A stretch of DNA of 63,317 bases, counting the filler, from Octopus bimaculoides (taxonomy: Eukaryota), in NCBI RefSeq assembly GCF_001194135.2. It is 6 parts of 6 records of this genome, joined end to end, with 100 filler letters (N's around TTAATTAATTAA, not from the genome) between each part and the next. Parts side by side here need not be neighbours in the genome. Positions count along the whole stretch, not along the records: positions 54,040 to 60,960 come from NC_068993.1; positions 61,061 to 63,317 come from NC_069008.1; 4 more parts are not named here. One strand, written 5' to 3'. The number at the start of each line of letters is the position of its first letter. Position 1 is the first letter of the stretch. This document shows, in pieces, positions 53,940-63,317 of the stretch. Made by a program: the position numbers and the translations under genes. The notes under the pieces were generated by a model, which did no database searches, was not told the DNA's origin, and saw only the letters and a program-made list of their open reading frames with translations.

Positions 53940-54039
53940 NNNNNNNNNNNNNNNNNNNNNNNNNNNNNNNNNNNNNNNNNNNNTTAATTAATTAANNNNN
54001 NNNNNNNNNNNNNNNNNNNNNNNNNNNNNNNNNNNNNNN
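53940..54039. other. Artificial scaffold join
   Basis: 44 N + TTAATTAATTAA + 44 N. Confidence 0.95.
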
Positions 54040-54120
54040 CATATATACATACACACATACATATATACATACACACATACATATATACATACATATATAC
54101 AGACATATTCATACATATAG

Positions 54121-54164
<44 letters not shown>

Positions 54165-55249
54165 ATTAGCACATCTAACTTAACTCAGAGATGTTATTTA
54201 GAACAGTGTAGATTGTAGTAATCATCCAAAGAAATCTTGTATAGACATTAGGTGCTATAAAAAGCACATATTATAGAGGTGCTTGGCTGCCTGTTGCTGT
54301 ACGTTTCTCAATTTACTATGAAATCGCAAGATACAATTGTGCCGTCTGCCAGTGCTGACAAAATTTTGTCAATTGATCATCTGATATATTGTGCTTTTTC
54401 AAAGCACCAAATGGCCATACAAGATGATTTTTCAGAACAGTTATCACAGTGTACTACTTTCAAAAGAACATCTTCAAAAAGGTGAGATGTGCTAATTAAT
54501 ATTTGTTACAAAGACTGCTTTGTGTTATTAACAGATAATATATGTATGTATATATAGACTATACACTTCGATATAGAAAGAGATACACTGCAGAAATGGT
54601 CTCAACTGAAAAATTCTGCTCGGAGACAATATATATATGATAAACACACTATTGGGTCATGAATGATATCAGACCATAGTACACATGCATTTCTGTGTCC
54701 TTGCACATCATCAGCTACAAATACAGAATAATCATTCATATTCAACAAGAATTTATAGCAGTAATAGATACAGTTGTTGATGTGTATAAAGCTTTATCAA
54801 GCAGGAATTAATTAATTAGAGGTTCATGAAGCAGCACTGAACAAAATATGTCACTTCATATTTGAATCTACACTATTATGCATACATATCTATTCATATA
54901 TTTATACACGAGTGTATGTATGTATGTATATTTCTGAGTTAATACCCTCCCTCTTATTAACCCATACCTGTTTCCTAGCAAGGTAATGCATCCCAATAGC
55001 AAGACGTGTATATATGTGTGTCTGTGCATGTCTGTGTTCCATGAAAGTTACTAGCAGGCTGTCATCATTTCTGTCAAATAAATCACTTGCTCACTTCTCA
55101 TCTTTGGAGACTTATGAAATAAAAAGCGACAGTGATAGGAAGACGATCAGATGTTAAGCAATTCCTCCATAATAGATTTGTCTAATCAATACTAACATTG
55201 AAAACATGAAATAATGTGTATGCTTGCATATGTGTAAAACATCGGTATT

Positions 55250-55650
55250 AATATGTGTGGTAAGAAGTTTGCTTTCAAACCACATGCTTACAGGTTCATT
55301 CCTACTAGGTACCACCTTGGGCATATGTCTTCTACTATAGCCTAGAGACAACCAAAGCCTTGCGAGTGAATTTGCTAGAAACTGAAAGAAACCCATGTGT
55401 TTGTGTGTGTGTGTGCATGCGCACACGCGTGCGTGTCTTTGTGTCAGTGGTTATCCCCCACCACCAACTGACAACCAATGCTGGTGTGTTTACGTTCCCA
55501 TAACCTAGCAGTTCAGTAAGAGACCGATGGAATAGGTACAAGGCTTGAAAAGAAAATAAGTACTAGGGTTGATTAGTTCAACTAAAACCCATCAAGGCAG
55601 TGCCCCAGCATGGCCACAGACTGAAATAAGTAAAAAGATATGAAAAATAA
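55250..55650 (+). mobile_element. SINE family A, CpG-decayed full copy
   Basis: gtgtggtaagaagtttgctttcaaaccacatg...gcagtgccccagcatggccacagactgaaataagtaaaaag. Confidence 0.85.
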
Positions 55651-55654
55651 AGAT

Positions 55655-55830
55655 CATCTTTTAACATCTGTCTTCCATGCTGGCATGGGTTGGAGAGATT
55701 GAGTCAGAGGCATACACATTGCACCAGTCTCTCCTTTGGCATAGTTTCTAAGGCTAAATGCCCACCAATTTACAGCTTGGACTGGGTACTCTTCCCACGG
55801 CACTAGTATTAGTGAGGTTGCAACACAGCT
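55655..55830 (-). mobile_element. SINE family D tail remnant
   Basis: catcttttaacatctgtcttccatgctggcatgggttgg is the reverse complement of the tail at 62620-62670. Confidence 0.6.
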
Positions 55831-55899
55831 TGATCCCCTTTCACTGAGTGAGCCTACAGTAGAGGGGGAGACAGCTTCATGCTAGATGATGAGGCTTAA

Positions 55900-56118
55900 C
55901 CCTTTAGCATTCAGATTACTCTGTCAAATGTAATGCTTATTTATTTACATTATTTTTAATTAATCATGCATATCTTGTAGCTGCAAAATTTCAATGATAG
56001 CATTGTTTATTTTTAGAATGACATTGTAGGGTAGGTGTGTGTGAGAAGCTGTACCAGGCAGGTTTGAACATAAAACAGATTATTTTGACCAGAAATGGCT
56101 GGTTTAAATGCTAATGGG
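55900..56118. mobile_element. piggyBac-type MITE with TTAA target duplication
   Basis: TTAA|ccctttagcatt ... aatgctaatggg|TTAA. Confidence 0.8.
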
Positions 56119-56460
56119 TTAAGTAAGAAATAAGGGATCAAAATGGGTTTATTCCTGTAGAGGAGATACATGGATTCTTGCAATATACAAAGGCAGGTGT
56201 GAGTGATCAGAGGGAAGCTGGAATAAATAGCAAAGGTGGTGACAAGCTGTTAGAGTGAGACCTTAAGGTACTTGAAGGTGAACAAAAGTGAAAGTAGGGA
56301 CAGAACTAAATGTGGGTTGGTAAAGGCTGCAAGAGTGTATGGGAAGAGTGAAGGATGATTGAGGGGTGAATAAGATGAGTGATGAACACGGGCTGAGAGG
56401 CAGTCAGTGGTAAATGTGTTGGAGGGAAAGGAAAAAAGTGAAGTGTGTGTGTATGACTGT

Positions 56461-56499
<39 letters not shown>

Positions 56500-57072
56500 G
56501 CATGGTGATGCAAATAGGAAAAATAGGACTTAGAATATGAGTATATGTATATATTTATTAATATTTAGCAAAAGTAACAGAGTGACTCAAGGACCAAGAG
56601 GCTTGTATGTTGTGCCAATGCATGAAACTCTTGACCCTTGAGTCACTCTGTTGTTCTGCTAAATTATAAAAACACACACACACACACACAGAGTCAGGCA
56701 ACAGGCAGACAGCTGGTAATACATATGGAATATTTCTTAAATTAACTCTGTTAATGGCATATAGGTATTTCAAGCAAACTAAATAAAAACAGAATTAAGT
56801 GAAAGTAAAACCAATTTTATTCTGAAATTATTAATGAACAGAGTATTTTATCTTTCCTTGAAAATTTTGAATTCTTGAAATTGTTTGAGAAATGAGTAGA
56901 AAAGAGAGCATTGGAGAGTGAACCATACACAAAAAGAAACTGTCTGATAATACATATAGCGATAAACAGATGGATATTAAGAATTGTGAAGAGCCCCAGC
57001 ATCATAGCCATCAGAATTCTCAACACTTATGTCAGCACCTTAGGATATATTTAACTGACTGTTAACCCTTAA

Positions 57073-58186
57073 CCCTTTAGTATTTAAAATGGCCATATCT
57101 GGCCTAAATATTCTAATTGTTTTATTTTCAAAATGGCCAGGTCTGGCTTTTCACACCTACCCTGCAATGTAATCTTAAACGTACATGTTGTCTGTTCAAT
57201 AAGTATCTGGATTGTTGCTATAGTATTGAAACTAAAGTATGCAGAGTGAAGCCACGTAGCACAGATTGACCTTGAACTCTTGTGCATGCACACTAAGTTT
57301 TAACATTCTAGCTCACTTCCGCTGTTTACAGAAGTGCTTGGAAAGAAAATGTGTAGCATGTGATTGACGCACTGACCATGACAGAAAAAGTTGAGCATAG
57401 AATCTGCATCAAATTTTGCCAAAATCTTGGCGATACCTGCTCAGAGGCCTACACAAAGTTTTCAAAAGGTTTTCATCGTTCTCGATGCAATGAAGGAGAT
57501 CTTGTGCAACTGAATCCCGAGTGTCTTCTTGGTCAGCTGAAAGCAGTTTTGGCACAAACTTGACAGACACATATCTCATATCCAAATCTTCAGTAATAAT
57601 GGACTGAAGTGAACCATAACTAATCTGTACATCCTCTGATAACTCAAAGATAGTGATTCGACAATTTCCTCTCACAGTTGCATGCACATCTACAATGCTT
57701 TTCTGTTTTGCTGGTTGCAGGTCTCCCAAAACGTTTGTCACTATCAACATTTTTACAGCATTCTTGGAAACGTCTGAACCACTCATACACTTGTGTGTGG
57801 CTCATGCACTCCTCTCCATACACTTTCCGCAACATTATGTAGGCCCCTGAGCAGGTATTGCCATAACAACTTTCTCTGTAATGGTCAATGCAACAATCAC
57901 ATGCTACACACATTCCTTCCAAGCACTACTGTAAACAGTGGAAGTGAACTAGAATGTGGAAACTTAGTGCGCATGCACAGCAGAGTCCAAGGTCAATTTG
58001 TACCAAGTGGCTTCACTCTGCATGCTTTAGCTTCACTACTCTTACAACAGCCTGGATACTTACCAATCAGACCTTGTACAATTGCATCACCAAAATCTCA
58101 ATGCTATGAGATAATGCGTGATTAATTCAAAACATTGTGAATAAATAAGTATTAAGTGTGACAGAGTAATCTGAATGCTAAAGGGG
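57073..58186. mobile_element. Second copy of the piggyBac-type MITE (opposite orientation), interrupted by a mariner element
   Basis: TTAA|ccctttagtattt ... gtaatctgaatgctaaagggg|TTAA; the two halves match 55900-56118. Confidence 0.8.
57184..58076 (-). mobile_element. Non-autonomous mariner-derived foldback element, copy 2
   Basis: LRKVYGEECMSHTQVYEWFRRFQ...KRFGRP...RITIFELSEDVQISYGS...KFVPKLLSADQ (irritans-like HTH region), about 280-bp inverted ends, TA on both sides. Confidence 0.9.
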
Positions 58187-58505
58187 TTAAATCACAATCC
58201 AATGAATGATATTTTCCCTTGGAATTTCCTTGAAACAGCAAAGCTTAAGTATACTGGGCACTAAAAGTGCTCAAAATCAAAACAGCACATCTGCTGGTAT
58301 GAGTGGAATTCTGAATATAACTGTCTCCTCTTCTTCAGTGCACCCACTGAGAATAGTAACCTCAAGAACAGGGTAGCATATCATAACCATGGTTATTTAA
58401 ATTATGCATCAGCCACACTAAGGACTCTTTCCTTAGCAGAAATCTGTGTTGTCGTATATCTGAAGTTTACAAAGAATTTTAAAATCCTGCAGGATAGTGA
58501 ATTAC

Positions 58506-58560
58506 CTCTTCCTCATTCACAATATCTATTGATTTGTATGTGTAACTATTTGAGAAGTGT
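58506..58560 (-). CDS. Candidate 55-nt exon (phase 2 to 0)
   Basis: Acceptor ggcttttattgcag, donor GAG|gtaatt. The single open frame, HFSNSYTYKSIDIVNEEE, joins in phase with the other reading of 59267-59317. Confidence 0.35.
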
Positions 58561-58625
58561 CTGCAATAAAAGCCTACATAACAGTTATATCTGTATGATG
58601 ACAAGTATTTTGGCAAGCAATAAAC

Positions 58626-58712
58626 CAATCAGGAAATGTCCTTCCAGTTCCACCAGACTTCTATTTACAGGGCTTAGAAAAACTGAAGGAGTGCCACAAT
58701 AAGTGTGTGAAT
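58626..58712 (-). CDS. Candidate 87-nt phase 1-1 exon
   Basis: Acceptor tttccctctcag, weak donor G|gtttat. Open frame (D)SHTYCGTPSVFLSPVNRSLVELEGHFLI joins in phase with one reading of 59267-59317. Confidence 0.3.
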
Positions 58713-58964
58713 CTGAGAGGGAAACATGTTGAATAAAATCATTATTAACAGATCCTTTTGTATTTTCTTTTACCCAAAGCCAGCATTCCTTTGTATGAAT
58801 TTTGTGTCCACAGAGTATGAGATCTCTCTCAAAATTTCTGTTGATAACTGATTTCTGTGTGGCTGCCATAGTCTTGAAATTCTTGGGTTTGTTCTCATTG
58901 CCAATTGAGAACTACTCTATACAGTTCACAAGCATTCATGCACACACATATATATATATACATC

Positions 58965-59215
58965 AAAAAAAGATCAAATGTCCTACCCAAGCCACAGGTT
59001 CATACAGCCAGTTTCCCCAAATTCTGTGACATGTATATTCCTTTCCTGAATGGGATGTCGGTCTCTTGCAGAATTACTAATTTTTGCCAGCTGAGTGGAA
59101 TGAAATTAACAAAGTCTTTTGCTCAAGAACACAATGCATCAGCCAGTCCAGGATTTGAAACTATATTCATTTTATCATGAGTGCAACACCAACCACTAAG
59201 CTTTTCACCTCCACA
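58965..59215 (-). mobile_element. SINE family C
   Basis: gtcttttgctcaagaacacaatgc...catgagtgcaacaccaaccactaagc is the reverse complement of the family C head and core. Confidence 0.65.
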
Positions 59216-59266
59216 CGCATATATACATACACACATACACTAAAAATCAATAAAATTATAACTTAC

Positions 59267-59317
59267 CTTTGATTGTTGGTGATCTTGCCACCCTTTGTTG
59301 GAACATTGAAGTCAACT
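59267..59317 (-). CDS. Candidate 51-nt exon, possibly PPIP5K C-terminal region
   Basis: Acceptor tttttgtatttgcag and donor AAG|gtaagt. Length is a multiple of 3 and two frames are open (LTSMFQQRVARSPTIK or VDFNVPTKGGKITNNQ). No homology recognised. Confidence 0.5.
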
Positions 59318-60331
59318 CTGCAAATACAAAAATATTGTTTCTCTTCAGTAGCAAAATATGACTATTTATTTCTCATATTCCATCCCCACTACTAATGCCA
59401 CTAACCATACTACTATCTGTGAAGTACACTACTGCTGTCACCATCATTCCCTTACTTCTTGCACTATCACATATAGTCTACAACAAGTGACTTCCTTCCA
59501 ATGAGCTATAAGAGTACCTCTAAGTGGATACTTGGTCTGCAAGAAAGAACAAAATCTAAGGTCCCGAAAACACACAATTCAAAATTATGAAAATGAACTG
59601 AGAGGACAACAACCAAAAATATCTCTTCTTCAAAACACACACACACACACACGAAGCAGTCTATACTTCGGCTTGTTACTATAGAAACAGGCACCAATAT
59701 GTCTGTGGCTTTCAATTGGCTAAAATTACCTTACCCAAAATTTGCAAACTTTAAAAACTACTAACTTTTTATTTAATTTACTTCTCAAAAATTAATTTCA
59801 TTTCCATAACTAACATACAAATCTACATCAATACACCAAATTTGAAATCAATTGGAACAAAATTAAAGGAACTGAAAAGTGTGAGCCAAAACAGAAAAGA
59901 TCCGTCTTTAGGGAGGTCAATATGCACAAATGTAATATCCAAGGTACACCAGGCATGAGAAAAAAATAAGATGGCTAATGCTGGAATACATTCGGGGTCT
60001 AAGTTTGCTACATCAGAGCTAACTTTGACAAAATGACAGCTTCATGACAACCACCCAATACTACTAGCAACATTACAGCTACTACTACTACTATCAATAT
60101 TGATTTCAAATTTTGGCACAAGGCCAACAATTTGAACTTAGAATGAAGAGATGAATGAAATGTTTCTAAGCATTTTGCCCATCACAGTAATGTTTCTGCC
60201 AGCACGCTGCCATCTCTAATATTACTTCTACTATCAATGCTACAGCTACTAGTTACTATTACTAATCTTATCTCTGTTAGCAGTGCTACAATAACTACAA
60301 CTAATAGGACTAGATATTATAATTTATAAGG

Positions 60332-60381
<50 letters not shown>

Positions 60382-60410
60382 NNNNNNNNNNNNNNNNNNN
60401 NNNNNNNNNN

Positions 60411-60446
<36 letters not shown>

Positions 60447-60750
60447 CCTATATATATAATTTTACAATTCTGTAAATTGTAAAAGTATTTTTTCATAAGC
60501 TTAAAGCTTATAGCGATCACCATCCAAATGACTAAGGAAAATAGTCTAATAATGAGGCATATAAGCCCCTGACAAAAAAAAGTTGGCTTTCCTGTACGAG
60601 TGGGACTTGAACCTTTTGTTAACATGACTAAGTGTGTTACCAATTACACCAGTGAACCAGCCTGCTCCTTTCTGTCAGATTTAAGAACTATATTAGTTCA
60701 TAGTTGTTTTTATAAACATTAATTTGCCCTCAAATATTTTACGCACCCTG

Positions 60751-60960
60751 TATATAACCTATATACATATATATAACCTATATATACGCATATATACATA
60801 CATAACCTATATATACGCATATATACGTACATAACCTATATATACGTGCATATACGTACATAACCTATATATACGTGCATATACGTACATAACCTATATA
60901 TACGTGCATATACGTACATAACCTATATATACGTGCATATACGTACATAACCTATATATA
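60751..60960. repeat. 29-bp minisatellite (ataacctatatatacgtgcatatacgtac)n, cut by a join
   Basis: Exact 29-nt period from about 60830; shorter, diverged units to the left. Confidence 0.92.
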
Positions 60961-61060
60961 NNNNNNNNNNNNNNNNNNNNNNNNNNNNNNNNNNNNNNNN
61001 NNNNTTAATTAATTAANNNNNNNNNNNNNNNNNNNNNNNNNNNNNNNNNNNNNNNNNNNN
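60961..61060. other. Artificial scaffold join inside the PPIP5K gene
   Basis: 44 N + TTAATTAATTAA + 44 N. Confidence 0.95.
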
Positions 61061-61308
61061 AATACACTATGCCTGAATAACAGATGGAATGGTCACAAAT
61101 GGAACAGCTTGGTCCTCAGGTCTACTCGATCAAGACAGACCTGGAGGCAAACAGCAACAACAACAAAGGACACATTAGATGATGTAGTCCTAGATATACC
61201 TATGCCTGTATAACAGACAGGCCAGTCGCAAATGGTTTACCTTAGACCGTAGGCCTAGTGGATCAGGGTGGATCTGGGGGTGGTCAGGGTTAAATAACAA
61301 CGACTTAC

Positions 61309-61535
61309 CTGAGGGATGACGATGTCCGCGAGAGCCTTCGAACAGTTGAAAAGTTCTTCGGCTCGTTCGTACTGCAGTGTGTGGTGGTTATGCTGTAAGT
61401 CGTACTTGATACAGTCATAGATGTCGGGGATCTTGCTAACATCAAAGAGGCCCTGCTTCGTCTTGAAGTCCTTCTCGAGTTTTGCCCATCGACGGATCAG
61501 CAACTCCCAGGATTCGCCATGGTATAACTTCAGTT
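61309..61535 (-). CDS. PPIP5K2: PPIP5K/Vip1 coding exon (227 nt, phase 1 to 0), phosphatase-like domain
   Basis: Acceptor ttccctattccag, donor CAG|gtaagt. Encodes (E)[49 protein letters not shown]...[11 protein letters not shown], containing the PPIP5K signature [13 protein letters not shown]. Confidence 0.97.
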
Positions 61536-61629
61536 CTGGAATAGGGAAAACTAGGTTGAGGCGAGCAGTAGTGGTGGTGGGAAGAATGGGGAGTGGCTGT
61601 AGACTGAGGTGGTAAAAGTGACTGCTTAG

Positions 61630-61820
61630 TAGCAGTGGGAGTGGCCAAAGAAGGTGGTGGTAGGAGTGGCCAAAGAAGGTGGTGGTAGGAGTGGCCAAAG
61701 ACGGTGGTGGTAGGAGTCGCTGTGTGCAGAATTGGTGGGGTGGCCATGTAGTTGGCATTGGGAGTGGCCAAGACAGTGGGGGTGGTCATGGAGTTGGTAT
61801 TGGGAGTGGCCAAGGACGGA
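61630..61820. repeat. G-rich intronic tandem repeat (ggagtggccaaag core; 24-bp and 36-bp units)
   Basis: Units ggtggtggtaggagtggccaaaga and the longer ...agttggcattgggagtggccaag lie within the 335-nt PPIP5K intron. Confidence 0.85.
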
Positions 61821-61870
61821 GGGTAATGGTGTTAGCAGAGGTGGTGGCGATAGTGATGAAGTTTACTTAC

Positions 61871-62012
61871 CACGAGTTTTGAGTTCTAGTTTCAGGGAGC
61901 GAATTTTGGTGGTTATCTCCTTCACCATATCGTGAACTTTCTCGCACATTTTGCGGGGATTCTGTACAAACTTCATGGCATTTTGAATCGATATACTTCC
62001 AGTAGCCGCAAG
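61871..62012 (-). CDS. PPIP5K2: PPIP5K/Vip1 coding exon (142 nt, phase 0 to 1)
   Basis: Acceptor ttgttcttaaacag, donor G|gtaagt. Encodes LAATGSISIQNAMKFVQNPRKMCEKVHDMVKEITTKIRSLKLELKTR, aligning to PPIP5K2 [38 protein letters not shown]. Phases fit both neighbouring exons. Confidence 0.93.
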
Positions 62013-62271
62013 CTGTTTAAGAACAAAACAAAACAATACAATGTGATGAGTTAAGTCCTTTGGAAAGAGAGTTTAAAGAGTGAGCTGGAATGATTACCAA
62101 CTTACAACCGGGGCTGAAGAGTTGAAACAAAAATCTTCGACTCCAACACTTGGCCCCTGTTTAAGTAATCAAGTGATTGTGGTCTACATATCCCATAAAG
62201 CATATGCATATGCTTGTACTTAGGGTAGGCCCGTCTGTTAGAACTGGTTTATATTAAAGAATAAAGATATT

Positions 62272-62372
62272 GTGCGTCGGAGTCGGTTTAGTTTTACAGA
62301 CTCTGACTCCAGCTACCCCTTAATTATTTCCGATTCCGGTTCCATGATTCCGATTCTGACTCCGCAGCCCTG
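62272..62372. mobile_element. MITE-like fragment with (GGAGTC/GACTCC) end motifs
   Basis: gtcggagtcgg ... ccgattctgactccgcagccctg; only one terminus is intact. Confidence 0.45.
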
Positions 62373-62409
62373 CTTACAACTAAGTCTATCAACACCGAGG
62401 TATTTAGAT

Positions 62410-62686
62410 TTTGCTTTTTGTGTGCAGGTGGCACGTAAAAGACACCACTTCGAGCATGGCCGTTGCCGGTACCGCATGACTGGCCCTCATGCCGGTGGCA
62501 CATAAAAGCACCCACTACACTCTTGGAGTGGTTGGCGTTAGGAAGGGCATCCAGCTGTAGAAACTCTGCCAGACCAGATTGGAGCCTGGTGTAGCCATCT
62601 GGTTTCACCAGTCCTCAGTCAAATCGTCCAACCCATGCTAGCATGGAAAGCAGACGTTAAACGATGATGATGATGATGATGATGAT
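62410..62686 (+). mobile_element. SINE family D, 3' part with LINE-like tail and (GAT)n end
   Basis: Duplicated ggtggcacgtaaaag; ggagtggttggcgttaggaagggcatccagc...cccatgctagcatggaaagcagacgttaaacgatgatgatg. Confidence 0.8.
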
Positions 62687-62761
62687 GTTTTTCTTCAGGA
62701 ATCAACCAATTAAAAAACAAAAAAATTTTTTTCTTTAAAAATGAAGAGGAAACATTCTTAC

Positions 62762-62830
62762 CTTTGTATAGTCAGCCTCGTTGAAATCACGGTCTTGGTT
62801 CAGTATCTCCTTCAGGCGTTCTTTGACACT
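62762..62830 (-). CDS. PPIP5K2: PPIP5K/Vip1 (inositol hexakisphosphate and diphosphoinositol-pentakisphosphate kinase) coding exon; 5' edge abuts a gap
   Basis: Translates (S)VKERLKEILNQDRDFNEADYTK, matching the recalled vertebrate PPIP5K2 stretch [23 protein letters not shown]. Phase-0 donor GTAAG starts at 62761. The first two bases (AG) may be the acceptor, making the exon start 62828. The symbol denotes the invertebrate orthologue of PPIP5K1/2. Confidence 0.93.
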
Positions 62831-63134
62831 NNNNNNNNNNNNNNNNNNNNNNNNNNNNNNNNNNNNNNNNNNNNNNNNNNNNNNNNNNNNNNNNNNNNNN
62901 NNNNNNNNNNNNNNNNNNNNNNNNNNNNNNNNNNNNNNNNNNNNNNNNNNNNNNNNNNNNNNNNNNNNNNNNNNNNNNNNNNNNNNNNNNNNNNNNNNNN
63001 NNNNNNNNNNNNNNNNNNNNNNNNNNNNNNNNNNNNNNNNNNNNNNNNNNNNNNNNNNNNNNNNNNNNNNNNNNNNNNAATGACGAATTTAAGAAACAAG
63101 TTTCTTTTGAGATGTATGTGTGTGTGTATATATA

Positions 63135-63317
63135 TACTCTTTACTCTGTTACTTGTTTCAGTCATTTGACTGCGGCCATGCTGGAGCACCGCCTTTAGTT
63201 GAGCGAATCGACCTCAGGACTTATTCTTTAGAAGCCTAGTACTTATTCTTTAGGACTCTTTTGCCGAACCTCTAAGTTACGGGGACGTAAACACACCAGC
63301 ATCAGTTGTCAAGCGAT
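63135..63317 (-). mobile_element. SINE family A tail, continuing beyond the window
   Basis: Nearly identical to 53563-53745. Confidence 0.9.

Noticed and set aside
54240-57030. APNV, GLFT and ALHNS fragments as PPIP5K C-terminal motifs
   Set aside because: Three- to five-residue matches in closed frames without consistent splice sites.
1-63317. tRNA, rRNA, CRISPR or prokaryote-type systems
   Set aside because: tRNA-like A/B boxes all belong to SINE heads; no regularly spaced repeat-spacer array and no operon-like ORF cluster.

Overview
AT-rich, microsatellite-dense eukaryotic draft sequence. The SINE families and repeat landscape look like an octopus (coleoid cephalopod) genome; this is inferred from repeat recognition, not from a search. 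Five identical artificial joins (44 N + TTAATTAATTAA + 44 N) split the window into six blocks. The only protein-coding gene I can identify is a PPIP5K/Vip1 inositol-pyrophosphate kinase on the minus strand: three phase-consistent exons of its histidine-phosphatase-like domain lie at 61309-62830. The conserved exons expected next are missing, probably lost at the 60961-61060 join, and a few short candidate exons lie at 58.5-59.3 kb. The rest is intronic or intergenic: at least four SINE families, decayed RTE, Tx1/L1-like and R4/Dong-like LINEs, Penelope-like elements carrying hammerhead-ribozyme-like motifs, two copies of a mariner-derived foldback element, Tc1-, Tigger- and piggyBac-type MITEs, long hairpins and simple repeats. 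Nearly all long ORFs in the supplied track are microsatellite or N artefacts. A CpG-rich central block (about 23.5-53 kb) contrasts with CpG-poor flanks. I did not find a clearly new multi-gene system; the best leads are the ribozyme-like and foldback structures and the unannotated candidate exons.
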